Source: Felis catus (lineage: Eukaryota). From it: a stretch of DNA of 64,000 nucleotides. Positions 52,991-64,000 of this stretch are shown here, piece after piece. Each line of letters begins with the position of its first letter. Position 1 is the stretch's first letter. Under the pieces are notes generated by a model that did not search any database, was not told where the DNA came from, and saw only the letters and a list, made by a program, of their open reading frames with translations. Location of the stretch: assembly GCF_018350175.1 (NCBI RefSeq), contig NC_058368.1, positions 73,224,001 to 73,288,000 of the forward strand. Direction: 5' to 3'. The position numbers and the translations under genes were made by a program.

Positions 52991-53592
52991 CAGGGCCAGC
53001 CACATAATTTTCCAGGTTCAATGTACAATGAAAACAGTCTCCACTAGATCCACAGTCAGTCTCCCCTTTCCACCAGGCCTTCTGCTGGAACCCACGGCAG
53101 ACCACCTACTTTCAGAGATTACAACCTCCTTCCAGAATGCACTCAGTACCTGAAAGGGGATGGACCAGACACCAGGCGCGGCTGGTCCGACCCTGAGACT
53201 CCCAGCATGTGCCCGACACAGCCCACCCAGGTGTCCACATCTGGCCCCCACCCAGGAAGAGGGCAATGGTAAAAAGGGACCTTCCTCCCAACCATGCAAC
53301 CCACTCAGTTGCTGCCTAGACTGAGTGGCAGGGGTGCAGGGCAGGGATGGCCCAAGCACCAGTTAGCTAAGAACCCACCCTAGGAAGGAGGAGGGGGTGA
53401 AGGGAAGCAGAACTACATGTGAGGCAGGCTCTCAGCCCCGGGCACATGCTCCCATGTGCCCACAAATGCAAAGATAAAATGATTAAGAATCTCAAGACAT
53501 CAATTTCAGAGCATTATATCCCAAACACAGGGCTCCTCTGAGTGTGGGGTCCCATGCAACTGCAGTGGTCACTTACCTGTGAATCTGACCCT
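52991..53592 (-). mobile_element. MER45-like hAT-Tip100 DNA transposon fossil
   Basis: Termini 'cagggccagccacataattt' and 'tgcaactgcagtggtcacttacctgtgaatctgaccct' resemble the MER45 ends. Confidence 0.7.
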
Positions 53593-54917
53593 AAAACATA
53601 TTCCTGTTAGCTCAGCTGAGGCAATTGAGGTAAATCAACTGAAAGGGAAAATAGACATATTATCACAACTATGGTTCCACTTCTAGTGTTTACTAGCATT
53701 TACTCAGTACATACTGGGTATTATGTTAAAATCAACTAAAATTGCTGTCAATTTTAGAAAGACAGAGTTTTGGTACATATTTTTAATTGCATGAGACAAG
53801 TTTTATTAAATAGTATTAGATTATTAGTATATTAATGATGAGAAGGAAGAGGAAGAAGAAGAGGAAGAGGGAGAAGGAGAGAGAAGAGGAGTAAGTTTGA
53901 ATAATAACAAAAACAGAGCTTATATTTTCAGTAAACCCCAACAATTCCTACTGATTTCTTCTTACAGATCAAAGAAATCAGAATATATGTCAATTAGGCA
54001 TGACTAGACAAAATTCAGATGGAATAATGTCCACGTTTATATCAGTTACATAACTACTTTAACTTGCTATGACTTTTCCTATTATACCACAAATAACTCA
54101 ATTTAGTTAATGCTAAAAGCATTTTGCTAGGTTTTGGGGGTACCAGGAGCTACTACCTTTGTTTTCTAGGCATATATTTACGAAATTTCAATTCCATTGT
54201 ATGTATAGGACTTCTTTTAAAGTCTTACAATGATATTTGCTGCAAATGTTTTTCTTTACTGGTTGAGTTATGGTTGTAGAGACTCACTTGTTTATAGGTA
54301 ACTAAATTCCTGAAGTTGTAGAATATTACTTATATTAGTTACCTCAAAAAAGGTGGATTTTTTTTCTACTGTTATTATCACTTTTCTTTTCCAAGCAAGA
54401 CAAAATCGAAGTTGATTTTGGGAAGATGTATTTTTAATTATGTTCAGTCTACGTGTTACTTTTAAAGATGTTTTAAAGTATTTTGAAAGTACTAGTCTAG
54501 TGCTTTGCTCTGCCTTTCCACTTTTGATTATAATTTATGACCTATAAATAAATGTTTTCAAAGAGTTTTTTCTTTATCCTGGGAAAATCTGTGGCCAGAT
54601 GGGTGTGCGAAGTAAGCTGTGATGACTACCCATTGAGTGCCTGCTATGAGCTATATTTCTTCTATAGATCATGTAAGAATTTGATACTTACAAAGCCATT
54701 TGATGTCCATGCTATTCATCCCCCCCAGTTTCTAGTTTAACAGATGAAGAAACTGAAGTTCAGGTAGATTAAGTAATTTGACCAAGGACAAAACAATCCC
54801 CGAGTAGATTCAACCCACTTCTGAATGACTCCAAATTTGTTGCAGTTTTTTGTCTGAGATGTTTCTGTCCTTCTCACAGTGAGAACTTTGTATTTTATCT
54901 TATGAGATGGTGATTTT

Positions 54918-55143
54918 AATTTTTTTTAACGTTTATTTATTTTTTTAGAGAGACAGAGAGAGTGCGAGCAAGGGCGGGGGGTGGGGTGAGGGGGGAGAGG
55001 CAGGGAGACACAGAATCCGAAGCAGGCTCCAGGCTCTGAGCTGTCAGCACAGAGCCTGATGCGGTGCTCGAACTCACAAACTGCAAGATTATGACCTGAG
55101 CCAAAGTCGGCCGCTTAACCGATTGAGCCAACCACGTGTCCCT
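54918..55143 (-). mobile_element. SINEC-type SINE
   Basis: TSD tgagatggtgatttta. Confidence 0.94.
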
Positions 55144-56660
55144 GAGATGGTGATTTTAGTCACAGTTTGGAAAGAGATGAGGCACAAATTTAATAAGCCT
55201 ACATGCTTTCCAAATCAAGCTTCTTAAATCCCTAGTTATGTGTGCATACATGTAACATTTGGACATTCCTTCATTGGGCTTGAATGTAGCAACTCTAATA
55301 CCAATACTGTCAACTCACAGACAACAGAGTTGTAAGCCTTTGAAGTATTCCATTTTGGTTTTACTTCAGCCCCAGTGAGAGAAGGTGGAGGGAGGTGTTG
55401 GTCTAGGCCCAGCATGGCCACATGGCTAGGACTCTTAAGAATGGCTGGAAAATGAGTGCCCTACTTTGTGAAAAAAGGATTGGAAAATATAGGATTGCCT
55501 AGGTGGTACCAATAATTCATGGTCATCCATGACACAGAGCACTGGGGTCTTGTTTCCTGGTTCTAGAAGTGCCTGAGAGTGAGTCTTCAAATCTATCAGA
55601 GAACGGGAATGGGTTAAAGAGAACCAAACAGGTGGTCTCTGATTCCTTTGGCCTGCTAAAGAGCCATCCAGAAAAGTCTCTGTTTATTTATGTCTACAGT
55701 GAGTTATTTGGACTCTGACACCTTTAATTTTCACTAGGCCAGATACACTGTGCTTAATACAGTGCCCAGCAATACACTAGGAACCCACATTTTGAAAAAA
55801 AACGTCTGAGCCTTTCAATATTTTGAAATGGAGAAATTTTACTTCCTTATGACCACTTTAAAATGTCACAATTGGTCAGTCTACTCTACAAATACCTGTG
55901 CTAAGAAACTAACTTGGGAAAAAATAGTTTTTTTAAAAAAAAGCAGCACATAGTTCATGTATTGATAAAATTTACTTTGAAGAAAAAAATTGAGACTTTT
56001 GTTCTTGGTCATGTTAATGACAGAACCAGATAAACTGCATATACACCCTGTTAAATTTTTAGAGGTCCATCATTAATGTAGTTAAACAACAAGGAATCCA
56101 GTAGGTAGTTGTGGATTCAAAGATCTGAAATGTAGGGATGCAAACCTACTCTATTTTAGGTTAACTATTGAGCCGCAAAATGACAAGTTCTGATTTATAA
56201 AATGCCAGCACACATCACGAATACATGGTGGTATCTTCACTGCCAGAAGTAAAAGGGTGAAAATATCCGACAATACTTTTCATTTAAGTGTTTACTGCAA
56301 CACAGACTTTGGAGAAAGACTTTTATTTCATTAACAGGGAAACATATTTTTCTCAATTGTGATAATTCCTGTTAGTGTTACCTGGTAAGTCTCAAGATAT
56401 TTAAATGCTATTTGTCAATACCTAAACTATAAAAGTTACATTATTTATTTCATATAGTAATTCATAATCTTTTTTGAATCACAGATCCTTTGAGGGAAAT
56501 GATGAAAGTTCTGGATCCAATTCTCAGAAAAATGCATATTCACACAAAATTGTGCCCAAAACTGCAAGTGATTCAGACTTCAGATTAACAATTCTATGAG
56601 TGTCTAGGAGCTACTCGTATCTTTAAATATATGTACATTTCTTAAATATTATATATCATA

Positions 56661-56691
<31 letters not shown>

Positions 56692-57139
56692 CCTCTGCAA
56701 CAACTTGAGTTTGAGACTAGTTTATAGAAGAAATCACACTTCAATGTTATCATTTATTATAAAGTAAGATTACAGGAAATAGAAGCTATTTAAACTTTCT
56801 TATCTAACTAGTAGGGTTTCACTGATCTCTGGTGGATAATGTAATAACATAACAGAAAACACTAAACAGAGAATAACATTTTAGTAATGAGCAAATGTAG
56901 AATATATTAGGATTTGAGAAAACTTACTTTCATTTAGCATAATACACCACATATCTATGAAGCAAGAGAATATATAAACAAAAGAAAAATCCAGTTTGCT
57001 TATTTTAGCAAACAATGATTTTAGGATGCTAGCTAGTCTTCGACCCTTTGCTTAACTGTGACATTTGAACCTGTTTCATCACAGGGGCAAGGAACCATTT
57101 TTTCATTCTATCCTTTCATTCTGTCAAAAACATCCCCTA

Positions 57140-57320
57140 GGGGTACCTGGGTGGCTCAGTTGGTTAAGCGTCCCACTTCAGCTCAGGTCATGATCTTGTG
57201 GTTTCTGAATTCGAGCCTCACACTGGGCTCTCTGCTATTAGTATGGAGCCCACTCCAGATCCTCTCCCTCTCTCTCTGCCCCCTGCCCCCCTTAAAAAAT
57301 AAACATTAATGATTTTTTTA
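57140..57320 (+). mobile_element. SINEC-type SINE (short variant)
   Basis: Head plus aataaa tail. Confidence 0.88.
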
Positions 57321-57592
57321 AATCCCCTTATCTTCCATGGAAACATGGATTGTCTCAGCTCAGAAGCTCTCCTCAGAACTCTACCTTGACCATAGTGCCA
57401 TGTGCTGCTGGTGTGAATTAGCCAGAATTCCTTCCAGGAAGGGAAAGCTTGGAGAAAGGAGGACCGCCATAACTGGCAGAGCAGTGGGTGGAAATACTGG
57501 CTCTTAAAGGAGCTAATTCATCTGATTCATCTTTCCATCTTTCTCCCATCACAATGCCACGGTGAGTCATGCAGCAAGGAGGCTGATTGGAG

Positions 57593-57593
<1 letters not shown>

Positions 57594-57638
<45 letters not shown>
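57594..57638. repeat. (CA)n microsatellite
   Basis: Seen directly. Confidence 0.95.
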
Positions 57639-57640
<2 letters not shown>

Positions 57641-58360
57641 CAAATTATAAGGTTCCAGAACTTCAGCCTTGCACATAATGCACACTGTGTATAATGGTCT
57701 GTAGAAGCCAATACTCTTACTGCAAAGAACAGCTGCTCCATGTTTTTCGCAGGGAAATTAAATTCTTTTCTTGTTGCTTTTTTTTCCCCTGCAAGTTAGA
57801 AGCAAGCACTTGCCACCTGGACTCTTTCTGGTCTTCGGCTTCTGTTTGAATGCTAAAACAAGCCTGGGAGGCCCATGGATGAAAAGTACGCTCGAAAGCC
57901 CAGATTAGAAACAAAAGTGAGGTTTGTTCATGTTTTACTCATCTGACTGGAAGAAAGCCTTAACCAGGGTATAGCTTTATGATCTTAGCACCACACTGTG
58001 GAGTCAGTCAACACCAGTGAAGACAGCCAGTTGCATTACGTGATCCTGTATGCATAGTTCCTTCCCTTGAATTCTTCCAAAAATTATACATACAGCGCTA
58101 TGAGGGTGCCTCATAACATTTGTGTGTTTTTACCTTTATGGCTTAATTAACCAGATTATATAACACCCTGTGGTCATAAATTATACACAACGCTTCTTTC
58201 ATAACCCATGATACTAGGTCCTCAGGAACAGGTTGATGCTTTTGTTGAAATGGAAGTCAAATATGCGATTTGCTTTTAAAGGAGTTCACAAACAGCATGT
58301 CGATCATGGGCTGTTTAGTTCCTCAAGTAGGCCGCGCGGAATTAAAAATATACAAGTCTT

Positions 58361-58555
58361 GGGATGCCTGGTGGCTCAGTTGGTTGAGTGTCCGACTTTG
58401 GCTTAGGTCACGATCTCATGGTTCATGAGATTGAGCCCCTCATTGGGCTCTTTGCTATCAGTGCAGAGCCCTCTTCAGATCATCTGTCCCCCTCTCTCTA
58501 TCCCCCCCCCATTTCTGTCTCTCACTCTCTTAAAAACAAATAAATATTAAAATGT
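58361..58555 (+). mobile_element. SINEC-type SINE
   Basis: Head, body and tail. Confidence 0.88.
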
Positions 58556-59574
58556 ATATATAGAAGTCTATAACAGAAGGGCAGAGAAACAGTGTAGCGC
58601 ATGTAGGTCTGTAGCAAGGCCTCGATCAGTTGCTATTGTGGTGGTTATATTCTCTTCATCAAGCTCAGCTCTTTGTAAGTTTTGAGAGTTCAATAAATAT
58701 TTGACTGGAAGAACGAGGCAGTGGTTGAAAAGAGAGTTGTCTCAGCCTTGCAAATGGATTTTTTTAAATAATTGCCTGCCATAGTTAATTAATTAATATC
58801 AGTAATGTTTACTTGAGAGTTTTCTATACATATTAATATCACAGCAGAAAAAAGATTTTATGAGCGATACATGTCACTCTAGCAAGATTGAAAGGCTCAC
58901 GCTGTTCCTGATAGCTACATATCTTCTAACAATACAAAGACCTACTCTGTATAACTATCAATTACTATTGATCGAAGGCCTAATGGGAAATGTATCAATG
59001 AACACTTCACATACTTCAGAAGTTCTTAAGGGACCGCAAGATGCTCACCCACTAAAGGTACAGTGAGTCCTGGACCCTGGCTCACTATCCCCTCTAATTG
59101 ATAAGAACCTAACTCCTGATACAAAAATATACCGTATGCCTGTGTCTACTTTCATTTAAGTGCAGGAATAAGGAACATACAGCATGTTAAATATATATTT
59201 AAGGAAACGTAAGGCTAAGGAAACACAGGCAACCTGGGTTGAGGTAGGCCATGGCTGATTCATCGGGAAGACATTGAAAAGCTAATTGCTATTACAAATA
59301 AATATTGTGAGTTTTATATACTTCATTTGCGAAGGGCAAACTTTTTACCTCAGCTAAGGTATTAAAACAATATTGTGTGGGCCTTGCTGCCTAGAGTAAA
59401 GTCTGTTTGCATTTCACTGCCATGTAAAATTATAGGTTACTTTCCTTCATTTTCTGATATGTTTATTGAACCAGCGTTTACTGAGTGCTTACTAGCTGGT
59501 GTGAGGAAAGCTCATAACCATCCCCTACGTGTGTTGTTCTTGCTGTGTGCTGGGAGTACTGAATTGGCAAGATC

Positions 59575-59772
59575 TTGTTTATTTTTGAGAGACAGAGAGA
59601 CAGAGTGTGAGTGGGGGAGGGGCAGAGAGAGAGGGAGACACAGAATCCGAAGCAGGCTCCAGACTCCGAGCTGTCAGCACAAAGCCCAATGCGGGGTTTG
59701 AACCCATGAACCGTGTGATCATGACCTAACCTGAAGTGGGATGCTTAACTGACTGAGCCACCCAGGCGCCCC
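59575..59772 (-). mobile_element. SINEC-type SINE with very short tail
   Basis: Ends 'tgagccacccaggcgcccc'. Confidence 0.92.
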
Positions 59773-61849
59773 GCCGAGATTTTGTTATGTTTTAGGAACT
59801 ATAATGTGGTCAGAGAGACCACCAACACAAAAAAGGCAGAATTTCATAGGAAACAGGAAGTCATTCTGTTTGTCACCAACATGAGAAAGGGGTCTTTTGA
59901 GCTTAGAAATTAGAACTGAACCAGAGGTGTTAGTTGGGCCGAGTTCAGTAGGCAATACTGTACCCAGAGGACTAGAAGACTCCCATGGGCTGAATATGCT
60001 ACATATCAATACAAAGAGGGAATCTATGTTCCCTGGGTACATTTGGTGATCCTCGTTCTGCATAAGAATGATTCCAAGTAAAGAAGTCAGAGTCCTGTAT
60101 CGTTTCTATATCTCCTCCAAGACCCCAACTTAGCCTTAGCAATCATTATCAGTTAGGAGGCTCTGAGGGGAGACGGTGTCTCTCATGCAGTTTGCCAGTT
60201 ATATTTGGAATGCTACAGGACCTCCGAGGAAAAAATAAATAATACATTGAGTGAGGTCAGGAAGTCTTGGCTGAGCTGCGATTTGAAGACTGAGGAGGAG
60301 AAAGGAAGGACATTCTAGAAAGCAGGAACAGTGTAAGCAAAGGTACAGAAGGGTTGAAAATATCTGTTTGATTCGGGGATTGGAAGTGAGGCATCCAATG
60401 AGGCTAGAAACAAGAAGGAGAGGTGATGGATTAGTAAAACAATTGTTCATGTTTCTCACGACAAAAAGAAAAGTCTAACTTAAAACAGAAGTGTGTAACT
60501 AGGCACCAATAACACTGCTCCTTGTTCCTCCCTGTGTTCAGTCTGTGAAGTGACAAAGAAATATTACAGGAGGTAAAATGTTTGCAGTCTAGTTCTATCT
60601 CTGTCACTAATTAGATATAGGACCTTGAACAAGCAACCGACCTTTTGTACTCCAGCGTCCCCAACTGTAACAAAACCAAGGGAAGGTAAATAATCTTTTC
60701 AGTGTTAAAAACTCAGTGATTTTCAGAGACATGAGTATGAAAAATGTACCTTAACGCACAGCAGATACTTATTCAACAAATATATATTATGTCACACTCT
60801 ACACAGCACAGTGGGGACCTAGGAATGAAACCAACACAGAGGGTTTTGAAGGCAGTGAAAATGCTCTATATGATACTATAGTGATGCACACAGGTCATTA
60901 TACATTTGTCCAGACCCGTAAAGGTACAACACCAACAGTGAACTCTAATGTACACCATAGACTTTGGAGGATAATGATGTGTCATTGGAGATTCACAGTG
61001 TTCTTTGTGGGGGGAAGATGGTAGAAAACTATTCGGCCATTTTGCTGACATCATTCTGTGCAGAACCCTGCAGGGTCCCTCCTCAGAGTCCCTCTACAGC
61101 AACTAATATTTAAGCACCCTCACTTCTGGAGTGGGGCCCCGGAAACTGTACTTTAAGCAAATATCCCAAATGACTCTCGGACAAATAGTCTGTGCCATAC
61201 GGTAAAAAAATATTTCAAATACAAAGGCTTCAATTCAGACCTGTCCCACCGTGTTCATGTTTTTGCTTTTTTGATATCACAGTATTTCCTGAATTCAAGA
61301 TAAACACTGAATAACAAAACTATTCTTTATATACAATACATTAGAACATCCTGTCTTTAAGCCAAGTATGTATCCTCTACCATTAAATATGATTGCTAAA
61401 TTAAAGTGGCCTCGATTAACTGAGAACAAGCCATTGTCAATACTAAATTGCTAAAACTGTTAGCATCATCGAAAATAGGAAAGAGAAATAAAGGGGCCTT
61501 TTCAGGCAAGGACTTAATAAGGGAGATGGTTTCACTTGCCAAGAAAATAAGAGATAATCCTTATGTCAGAAGAGTCTTGGCCAAAAAAAGCCATTGAAGT
61601 CAAAGCTTGTCAGTGTCAATTATAAATTAGCTCTAACCACTTTCTCCTGTCCTCTGGTTAGCGATGGGATCTACAGCAGCTCTTAAAAATGTGGTCGTCA
61701 GACCAACAGCAGCATCACCCAGGACACCCTCGAAATGTAACTTCTCAACCACCCCCCACCAGACCTCCTGAGTGAAAAACCTTGGGGATCAGGAACCCAT
61801 CAATCTATGCTTCAACAAGCTTTAACAAGAAACTCCCGGGAGAGGTCGT

Positions 61850-62472
61850 GCCTCATTGGTAGGGATGTGGAGAAAATGGAACCCTTGTTCACTGATGATG
61901 GGAATGTAAAACAGTACAGCCACTCTGGAACACAGTGGGAAGGTCATTCGAAAAGTGAAAAGTACGAGTACCATATGATCCAGCAATCCCACTTCTGGGT
62001 ATTTGTCCAAAAAATATTGAAATTGGGATCCCGAAAAGATAATCCACAACTCCCATATTCATTGCAGTATTCACAATAGCCAAGATGTGGAAACAACCTA
62101 AATGTCCGTGATCAGATGAATGGACACAACAAATGTGTTACACATGCACATCAGGATACCATGTAATCTGTAGGAAGGAGGAGATGTTACAGTATATAAC
62201 AAAAGATGAACCTGGACGACATTGTGCTGAGTGATATAAGCCAGTCACAGGCAGGTGAATACTGTGTGATTCTACTTACATGAAGTTTCTGAAGAGGTCA
62301 AAGTCATAGAAGCAGAGAACAGCATAGAGGTTGCCAGGGACCAGGAAATTGAGAGTGTTAATGAGCTTAAAGTTTCAGTCCGGCAAAAGAAAGAAGCTGT
62401 GACGATTGTACCTATAGCCAACAATATACTATTGAAAACTCTTGAAAATTTATGAAGAGGGTTAAGTGTTCT
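61850..62472 (+). mobile_element. L1MA-type 3' end
   Basis: 'ccatatgatccagcaatcccacttctgggtattt...cacaatagccaagatgtggaaacaacctaaatgtcc'. Confidence 0.88.
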
Positions 62473-62527
62473 ATGGAATGGAATGGAATGGAATGGAATG
62501 GAATGGAATGGAATGGAATGGAATGGA
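62473..62527. repeat. (GGAAT)n pentanucleotide microsatellite at the L1 tail
   Basis: About 11 perfect units. Confidence 0.95.
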
Positions 62528-63087
62528 AATCTCCTGGTGACTGACACAGGCTTAAGTCTGAGAACCTCTAGCATAGAGAGAACATGCTATTTCTGTATCT
62601 TGCAGTGACTGAAAGAACGACTACACTCAAGTAGTTACAGGAAACGATGTAAGAAGCACTAAGGAAAAAATTGGCACAACTTTGATGTACATGGAATCTG
62701 GTTATTTTCAGACAGCTGAATCAGATGCTCTAACCCTTTACAGCACCCTCCTCCCACCTCTAGTCTACGCTTTCCCTCCACCCTTCCCCACCCCCCGCTG
62801 GAAAAATCCTTCCATTAAATTTGATTAGCATTACAGTTTACTAGGTGTGTTCATACACATTATCTCATTTTATCCTCATAGTAATCCATGCAATAGGCAG
62901 GGATTATTCCCATTTTATAAATGAGACAGCAGAATTGGAGAGATTAAGAGATTTACATGAAATCACACAACTGTTAATTAGCAGAACCAGAACCTAAATT
63001 CTACACCTTTGCTCATTCTCTAATCCATTCTGCCTTTCTATTGACTAAATTTAGCTACTTTCTTTATTGATTTCCTTAAGGATTTAG

Positions 63088-63327
63088 TCCAGAGTTTCTC
63101 AGCCTCCACATTTTGAACTGCTGGGCTCTTTGTTGGGGGGGGGGGGGCAGGGAAAAGGGCCCCCCCCCCCCCCGCATGGTTAAGATGCTCAGCAGCATCC
63201 CTGCCCTCTACCCACTAGATGGCAGTAGCTTCCTTCTCTCAGTTGTTACAATCAACAATGTCTCTAGACATTGTCAAAAGTCTCCAGGAGGCGGTGGAGG
63301 GCAAATCCACCCCTGTTGAGAACAACT
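63088..63327. mobile_element. MER20 hAT-Charlie fossil
   Basis: 'agcagcatccctgccctctacccactagatggcagtagc...cagttgttacaatcaacaatgtctctagacattgtcaa...gttgagaacaactg'. Confidence 0.85.
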
Positions 63328-63329
63328 GA

Positions 63330-63655
63330 TGTAGTTGAAACCTCCAACAGCATCATCTGCAGACCTCCTTAAACTTCAGATGGCTGGGCCCCACTCTCAG
63401 AGTTTCTGATTCAATAGATCTGGTGCCATCTGAGAATTTGCATCTTTAACAAGCTCCCAGGTGAGGGCACTGGTTGGGATGAGCACTGGATGTTATATGT
63501 AAGTGATGAATCACTAAGTTCCACTCCTGAAACCAAGACTACACTATATGTTAACTAACTATAATTTAAATAAAAATTCAGGAAAAACAACCAAACAAGT
63601 TCCCAGGCAATGCTAATACTGCTGGTTTGGAGACCCCACTTTGAGAAGCACCTGT
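63330..63655. mobile_element. MER5A-like MITE split by a short carnivore L1 3' tip (63462-63593)
   Basis: TSD aacaag(c/t)tcccagg at 63448-63461 and 63594-63607. Confidence 0.85.
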
Positions 63656-64000
63656 CTAAACCATTTGCAAAATCAGGAAGTATATCCCTGAAAAAGTGTA
63701 TTTGCTATTGAAAACATTTCGTCCCCAAAATAAATGAATAATAAAAACAAGCAAATCCAGGGCACGGTGGTTCTGTACATATACCTTCTTCCCGCACACC
63801 CAAGCTGAAACAGAAGCTCAAATGAGTTTCCATTATTAATACATGGCCCTTGGATATTATTTAAACAAAAAGCACTCTTATGCTGCTGAGTGAAAATCCC
63901 TCATACTTTTACTTCCCACATCTCTTTATGAAATTTTAAAATTTATTTGACCTTCAAATCTCTCTGGTGATACAGGAAAGGTGCCATTCTCACTCCTTCT

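Noticed and set aside
17491..59701. Many recurring ORFs of the type MAQSVKRPTSAQVMIS... or RERERE...
   Set aside because: These are translations of SINE copies, not a gene family.
9772..59772. tRNA-like A/B boxes as tRNA genes
   Set aside because: All are heads of tRNA-derived SINEs followed by CT tracts and A tails.
62473..62527. (GGAAT)n as satellite III-like centromeric DNA
   Set aside because: Only about 55 bp at an L1 tail, so an ordinary microsatellite.

Overview
This is repeat-dense mammalian DNA from a felid (cat-family) genome. It carries about 33 tRNA-derived carnivore/felid SINEC-type SINEs, young and old LINE-1 fragments, MaLR/ERVL LTRs, hAT DNA-transposon fossils, L2/MIR remnants and microsatellites. 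No host exon, RNA gene or CRISPR array could be supported, and many listed ORFs are SINE, L1 or microsatellite artefacts. The standout is at about 33.8-34.75 kb and is absent from the ORF track. It is a degraded + strand coding relic, split by a SINE, whose reconstructed translation has several collinear motifs resembling bornavirus nucleoprotein. This makes it a candidate divergent endogenous bornavirus-like N element (EBLN-type EVE). The similarity was judged by eye against a remembered sequence and needs a database search. A second notable locus (35.7-38.0 kb) shows one target site used twice: by an L1 with a short 3' transduction, and by a tandem SINE trimer. Repeat family names come from recalled consensus motifs. 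Boundaries are approximate unless TSDs are quoted.
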